DNA of 58,557 nucleotides from an uncultured Muribaculaceae bacterium (GTDB lineage: Bacteria > Bacillota_I > Bacilli_A > RF39 > UBA660), in the NCBI GenBank assembly GCA_964369625.1, contig CAYJFC010000001.1, forward strand, positions 1 to 58,557, read 5' to 3'. The notes under the pieces were generated by a model. It had not been told where the DNA came from. It saw only the letters and a program-made list of their open reading frames with translations, and did no database searches. Of the stretch, positions 55,577 through 58,557 are shown piece after piece. Within the stretch, counting starts at the first letter, position 1. Each line of letters starts with the position of its first letter. The position numbers and the translations under genes were made by a program.

Positions 55577-56488
55577 ATGAAAAATAAAAATGTTTATTTG
55601 CTAATAATTAGTATTATATTAATAATTAGTTATGTATTTATTCCAGAAGAAAAAGTAGTATTAAAAAAGGAAGTTTCTACAAAAAAAGAAGAAATAAGCA
55701 TTAGAATTTTAAATGATGATAATAGTATAATAAAAGTAAATTTAGAGGAATATATAATTGGAGTAGTAGCAGCAGAAATGCCTGCTTCTTTTCATATTGA
55801 AGCGCTAAAAGCACAAGCTATTGCATCACGCACATATGCAATGTATAAAATAGAAAATAGTAGCAATGATTATGATGTGACAACAGATGTTACTACTCAA
55901 GCATTTATTACAATTCAGCAAATGAAAGAAAAGTGGCAAGAAGATTTTGATTATTATTATAATCAAATAAAAAATGCTGTAAATGATACAAACAACTTGG
56001 TCTTAAAGCAAGATAAAGAAATAATATGTGCTTATTACTTTTCTATGAGTAATGGCTTTACGGAAGAATCTGAGTTAGTATTTAAAGAGGATTTAAGTTA
56101 TGTTGGTTCCGTAGATTCTTCTTGGGATACGTTATTAAAAAATTTTGAATATACCACAAATATAACAAAAGATAAATTTTGTAATGCTTTAGAAATTAAT
56201 TGTGATGAAATAGTTATTAACAATATTATTAAAAGCGACTCAAATAGAGTTAATTACATTGAAATCAATAACAAAACTTTCAAAGGAACTGAGGTAAGAA
56301 ATTTATTAGGTCTTAGATCAACAGATTTTAATATAGAGATTGCTGAAAATATAAGTATTACTACTAAAGGGTATGGTCATGGCGTAGGTATGAGTCAGTA
56401 TGGTGCTAATGAGATGGCAAAACAGAATAATAGTTATATTAATATTTTAAATCATTATTATCAAAATGTTGAAATAAATGAAATTTAG
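55577..56488 (+). CDS. spoIID: Stage II sporulation protein D (lytic transglycosylase)
   Basis: SpoIID/LytB domain motifs: YIIGVVAAEMPASFHIEALKAQAIASRTYA, and GHGVGMSQYGA near the C-terminus. Confidence 0.9.
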   Translation: MKNKNVYLLIISIILIISYVFIPEEKVVLKKEVSTKKEEISIRILNDDNSIIKVNLEEYIIGVVAAEMPASFHIEALKAQAIASRTYAMYKIENSSNDYDVTTDVTTQAFITIQQMKEKWQEDFDYYYNQIKNAVNDTNNLVLKQDKEIICAYYFSMSNGFTEESELVFKEDLSYVGSVDSSWDTLLKNFEYTTNITKDKFCNALEINCDEIVINNIIKSDSNRVNYIEINNKTFKGTEVRNLLGLRSTDFNIEIAENISITTKGYGHGVGMSQYGANEMAKQNNSYINILNHYYQNVEINEI

Positions 56489-56519
56489 TGAATAATAATT
56501 AATTTTATTGACCATACTT
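56489..56519 (+). promoter_or_regulatory. Candidate forespore (sigma-F/sigma-G type) promoter of the SpoIIQ-like gene
   Basis: TGAATA (56489-56494), an 18-nt spacer, then CATACTT (56513-56519). This is the same architecture as upstream of spoIIR. Confidence 0.5.
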
Positions 56520-56536
56520 TAATTAGGATGGTGAAT

Positions 56537-57166
56537 ATGAATAAAAGAAAATTAAAAGGATTTGTCTTACCAACAATTTATGTCATGACTTTATCTATTA
56601 TATTTATTACAATAGTATTATTAGGTAATTCATTAACTCCAGAAACATCTAATAGTCAATTAGATTACTCAGTTGACTCATTAACTGAAGATGAAGTACC
56701 TGTTGTATCTGAAGTATCTGTTAAACCTGTAAAACCATTTTTAGCTCAAAGTGTTAATATAACAAGAGATTATTACTCGAAAGATGATGAAAGTGATAAT
56801 CAATCAAATTCATTGATATATTATCAAGATACATACTTACAAAACACAGGTATCTTATATAATAGCACTGAAACATTTGATGTATTTGTTGTATTAGATG
56901 GAACAGTTAAAAATATATCTACTGATGAAATAATGGGTATTGTTGTTGAAGTAACTCATGAACAAAATTTAACTAGTTTTTATTATAGTTTAAGCGAAAC
57001 ACAAGTAGAAGTGGGAACAACTTTAAAAACTGGTGATGTTATTGGCAAAAGTGGTAATAACAAAATAGAAAACATAGAAGGAACATCTTTGTTATTTGAA
57101 ATTTATTACCAAGGTAAGACTATAGATCCAAATGTATTTTATGAAAGTGATTTATCAAATTACTAG
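56537..57166 (+). CDS. spoIIQ: SpoIIQ-like membrane protein with a degenerate LytM (M23) domain
   Basis: An N-terminal TM anchor and an M23-like C-domain (DGTV..I....MG..V.V.H....T.YYSL......G..L..GD.IG.SG). The HxH site is replaced (LLFEIYYQGKTIDP). It follows spoIID, as in many clostridial genomes. I prefer the ATG at 56537. Confidence 0.7.
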   Translation: MNKRKLKGFVLPTIYVMTLSIIFITIVLLGNSLTPETSNSQLDYSVDSLTEDEVPVVSEVSVKPVKPFLAQSVNITRDYYSKDDESDNQSNSLIYYQDTYLQNTGILYNSTETFDVFVVLDGTVKNISTDEIMGIVVEVTHEQNLTSFYYSLSETQVEVGTTLKTGDVIGKSGNNKIENIEGTSLLFEIYYQGKTIDPNVFYESDLSNY

Positions 57167-57170
57167 TAAT

Positions 57171-57189
57171 AACCCATTTGGGTTTTTTT
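57171..57189 (+). terminator. Rho-independent terminator after the SpoIIQ-like gene
   Basis: Stem aaccc/gggtt with loop attt, followed by a T7 run. Confidence 0.55.
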
Positions 57190-57207
57190 AAGTATGAAAG
57201 GAGATAT

Positions 57208-57780
57208 ATGAAGAATATACTATATTTAGTGGATAACGAAATAATATATTATAGTCTAAGAAAAAACAATATATTCATAAAAAAAATCCCACATAATATC
57301 CTTTATGAAGGAAAAGTAGCTAGTGTTAAATTATTTTCTAAATATTTGATAGGCTTTTTTAAAGAACATAACCTAATAAATAATATATTTTTGGAAAATA
57401 TATCTGTGTTAATAAATAATAATTACACCACAGTAGACAAAGATATTTTAATAGACATATTAGAAAAAATACCTCTTAAAAAGCCTACTTTTATTAAAAT
57501 ATCAACTTTACTTAACCTTTGTAATGTTAATGTAATATTAGATAAGGAATATATTAATATATATTATAAAAACAAATCAAATAAAATTGTATATTCACAT
57601 ATAAATATAAATTTATTTGATTCAATAGAAATATTAAAACTATTAAGAAAAAAAACCAATGGAAAAACAGTATATTATTTAGGTAATAATCCAAATATTA
57701 TAAATTTATTAAAAGAATGTAAAGAATATGTTTATCAAAATCCTAAATTAGTTTTATTTAATATTGTTTCCAATTTGTAA
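57208..57780 (+). CDS. Hypothetical protein (190 aa)
   Basis: The ATG at 57208 follows AAAGGAG; the track ORF starts at 57178, inside the terminator. I recognise no motif. Confidence 0.5.
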   Translation: MKNILYLVDNEIIYYSLRKNNIFIKKIPHNILYEGKVASVKLFSKYLIGFFKEHNLINNIFLENISVLINNNYTTVDKDILIDILEKIPLKKPTFIKISTLLNLCNVNVILDKEYINIYYKNKSNKIVYSHININLFDSIEILKLLRKKTNGKTVYYLGNNPNIINLLKECKEYVYQNPKLVLFNIVSNL

Positions 57781-57853
57781 TCATTTTGTTATATTCTTGC
57801 ATTTTAACTAGAAATGTTATATTTTGCTTATAGCAAAGTGTTTAGGAGTTTGT

Positions 57854-58557
57854 ATGATAAAATTTATTGTGGTAGAAGACGAAGTAGTAAATCAAAAATC
57901 CGTAAAGAAAGTAATAAGTAAATTAAGTTTTAGCTTTGATGAAGAAATTGATATAAAATATTTTATCGGCTATGATAAAAAGTTGGAAAAAGAAATAAAA
58001 GAACTTGATTGCAAGAAAATATATATTTTAGATATAGAACTTAAAAATAGTATCTCTGGTATAGAAATAGCTAGTAAAATAAGAAACGTAGATTGGAATA
58101 GTGAAATTATATTCATTACACAGCATGATAGAATGTTTGAAACTGCTTATCGTAGTGTGTATAATGTGTTTAATTTCATAGAAAAATTTCACCATTTTGA
58201 AGAAACATTACATGACAATATTAATAGTATTTTAAATAAAAATTTTGATAATAAAATGTTTGTATATACATCTAGAAGTAATACTTTATCATTATTTTAT
58301 GATAGTATTTTATATGTTTATAGGGATACAACTGATCGAAGATTATGCATTATTACTGAAAATAATACATATTTTGTGAATCTATCAATTCATGATATGC
58401 TTGATCAGCTAGATAATAGATTTAAAATGTGTCATAGAGCATGTATAGTTAATACACATAAAGCTATCAAATACGATTATAAAAACAGTGCTATTATGTT
58501 GAGCAATGGTGAAAAACTATCATTTTTATCTAAACACTATAGAAGCGAATTAGAGGC
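57854..58557 (+). CDS. LytTR-family response regulator, runs off the right edge
   Basis: Not in the ORF track because there is no stop. ATG after AGGAG. It has a receiver domain (MIKFIVVEDE...YILDIEL) and a C-terminal LytTR-like region (..LYVYRD...R..CIITEN..Y.VN.SI.DMLDQLD.RF.MCHRACIVN). Confidence 0.75.
   Translation, partial: MIKFIVVEDEVVNQKSVKKVISKLSFSFDEEIDIKYFIGYDKKLEKEIKELDCKKIYILDIELKNSISGIEIASKIRNVDWNSEIIFITQHDRMFETAYRSVYNVFNFIEKFHHFEETLHDNINSILNKNFDNKMFVYTSRSNTLSLFYDSILYVYRDTTDRRLCIITENNTYFVNLSIHDMLDQLDNRFKMCHRACIVNTHKAIKYDYKNSAIMLSNGEKLSFLSKHYRSELE

Noticed and set aside
1-58557. Genetic code 4 (TGA read as Trp), because the DNA is as AT-rich as a mollicute genome.
   Set aside because: Conserved proteins have normal lengths under code 11. 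Several genes end at TGA with the expected C-termini (for example yabQ, tadA and mnmG). Conserved Trp positions use TGG.
1-58557. A prophage, transposon, integron or defence island.
   Set aside because: There are no integrase, transposase, recombinase, restriction or Cas-like ORFs. There are no long direct repeats. Apart from a few small orphan genes, the content is core housekeeping and sporulation genes in Bacillus-like synteny.

Overview
This is a very AT-rich, standard-code window spanning the chromosomal replication origin of an endospore-forming Firmicute. Gene order follows the Bacillus subtilis origin region but is compressed. No rRNA, tRNA, CRISPR or mobile element is visible. All calls were made by eye from the sequence, the ORF track and remembered family signatures; no searches were run.

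Left arm (- strand): the head of the S10 operon (rpsJ, partial), then jag-yidC-rnpA-rpmH (rpmH is missing from the ORF track).

Origin: an orphan ~573-aa gene sits between rpmH and dnaA. DnaA boxes lie on both sides of dnaA.

Right arm (+ strand), in order:
- dnaA-dnaN-(ComK-like)-recF-gyrB-gyrA
- a 350-bp spacer packed with palindromes, a short SRP RNA, and tadA-dnaX-ybaB-recR-bofA-holB-ricT-methyltransferase-pth-mfd-spoVT
- a Met T-box in front of dut-metG, then tatD, a 3D-domain protein, rsmA, yabG, veg, spoVG, yabP, yabQ, divIC and clpP (- strand)
- a uridine-kinase-like gene, then gap-pgk-tpiA-[spo0A]-gpmI
- mnmE, three inserted genes, then mnmG-rsmG and a Noc-type ParB paralog
- a class A PBP (- strand), rpoE, prfA-prmC, spoIIR, mntP, murA, a GDSL protein, rpmE, rpiB, a DUF1146-like small ORF, spoIID, a SpoIIQ-like gene, an orphan, and a partial LytTR response regulator

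Most interesting observations:
- The gyrA-ffs spacer carries two perfect Noc-binding-site palindromes, two perfect parS palindromes and two further unexplained inverted repeats.
- The only ParB-family gene in the window looks Noc-type, lacks the N-terminal membrane helix, and has no soj/spo0J partner beside it.
- An orphan gene with its own near-consensus promoter is embedded in the rpmH-dnaA origin spacer.
- A short ComK homolog sits between dnaN and recF.
- spo0A is inserted in the glycolytic cluster and has a DGN instead of DDN acidic pocket.
- dut lies under a Met T-box.
- Forespore-type promoters recur upstream of spoIIR, spoIIQ and spoVT.
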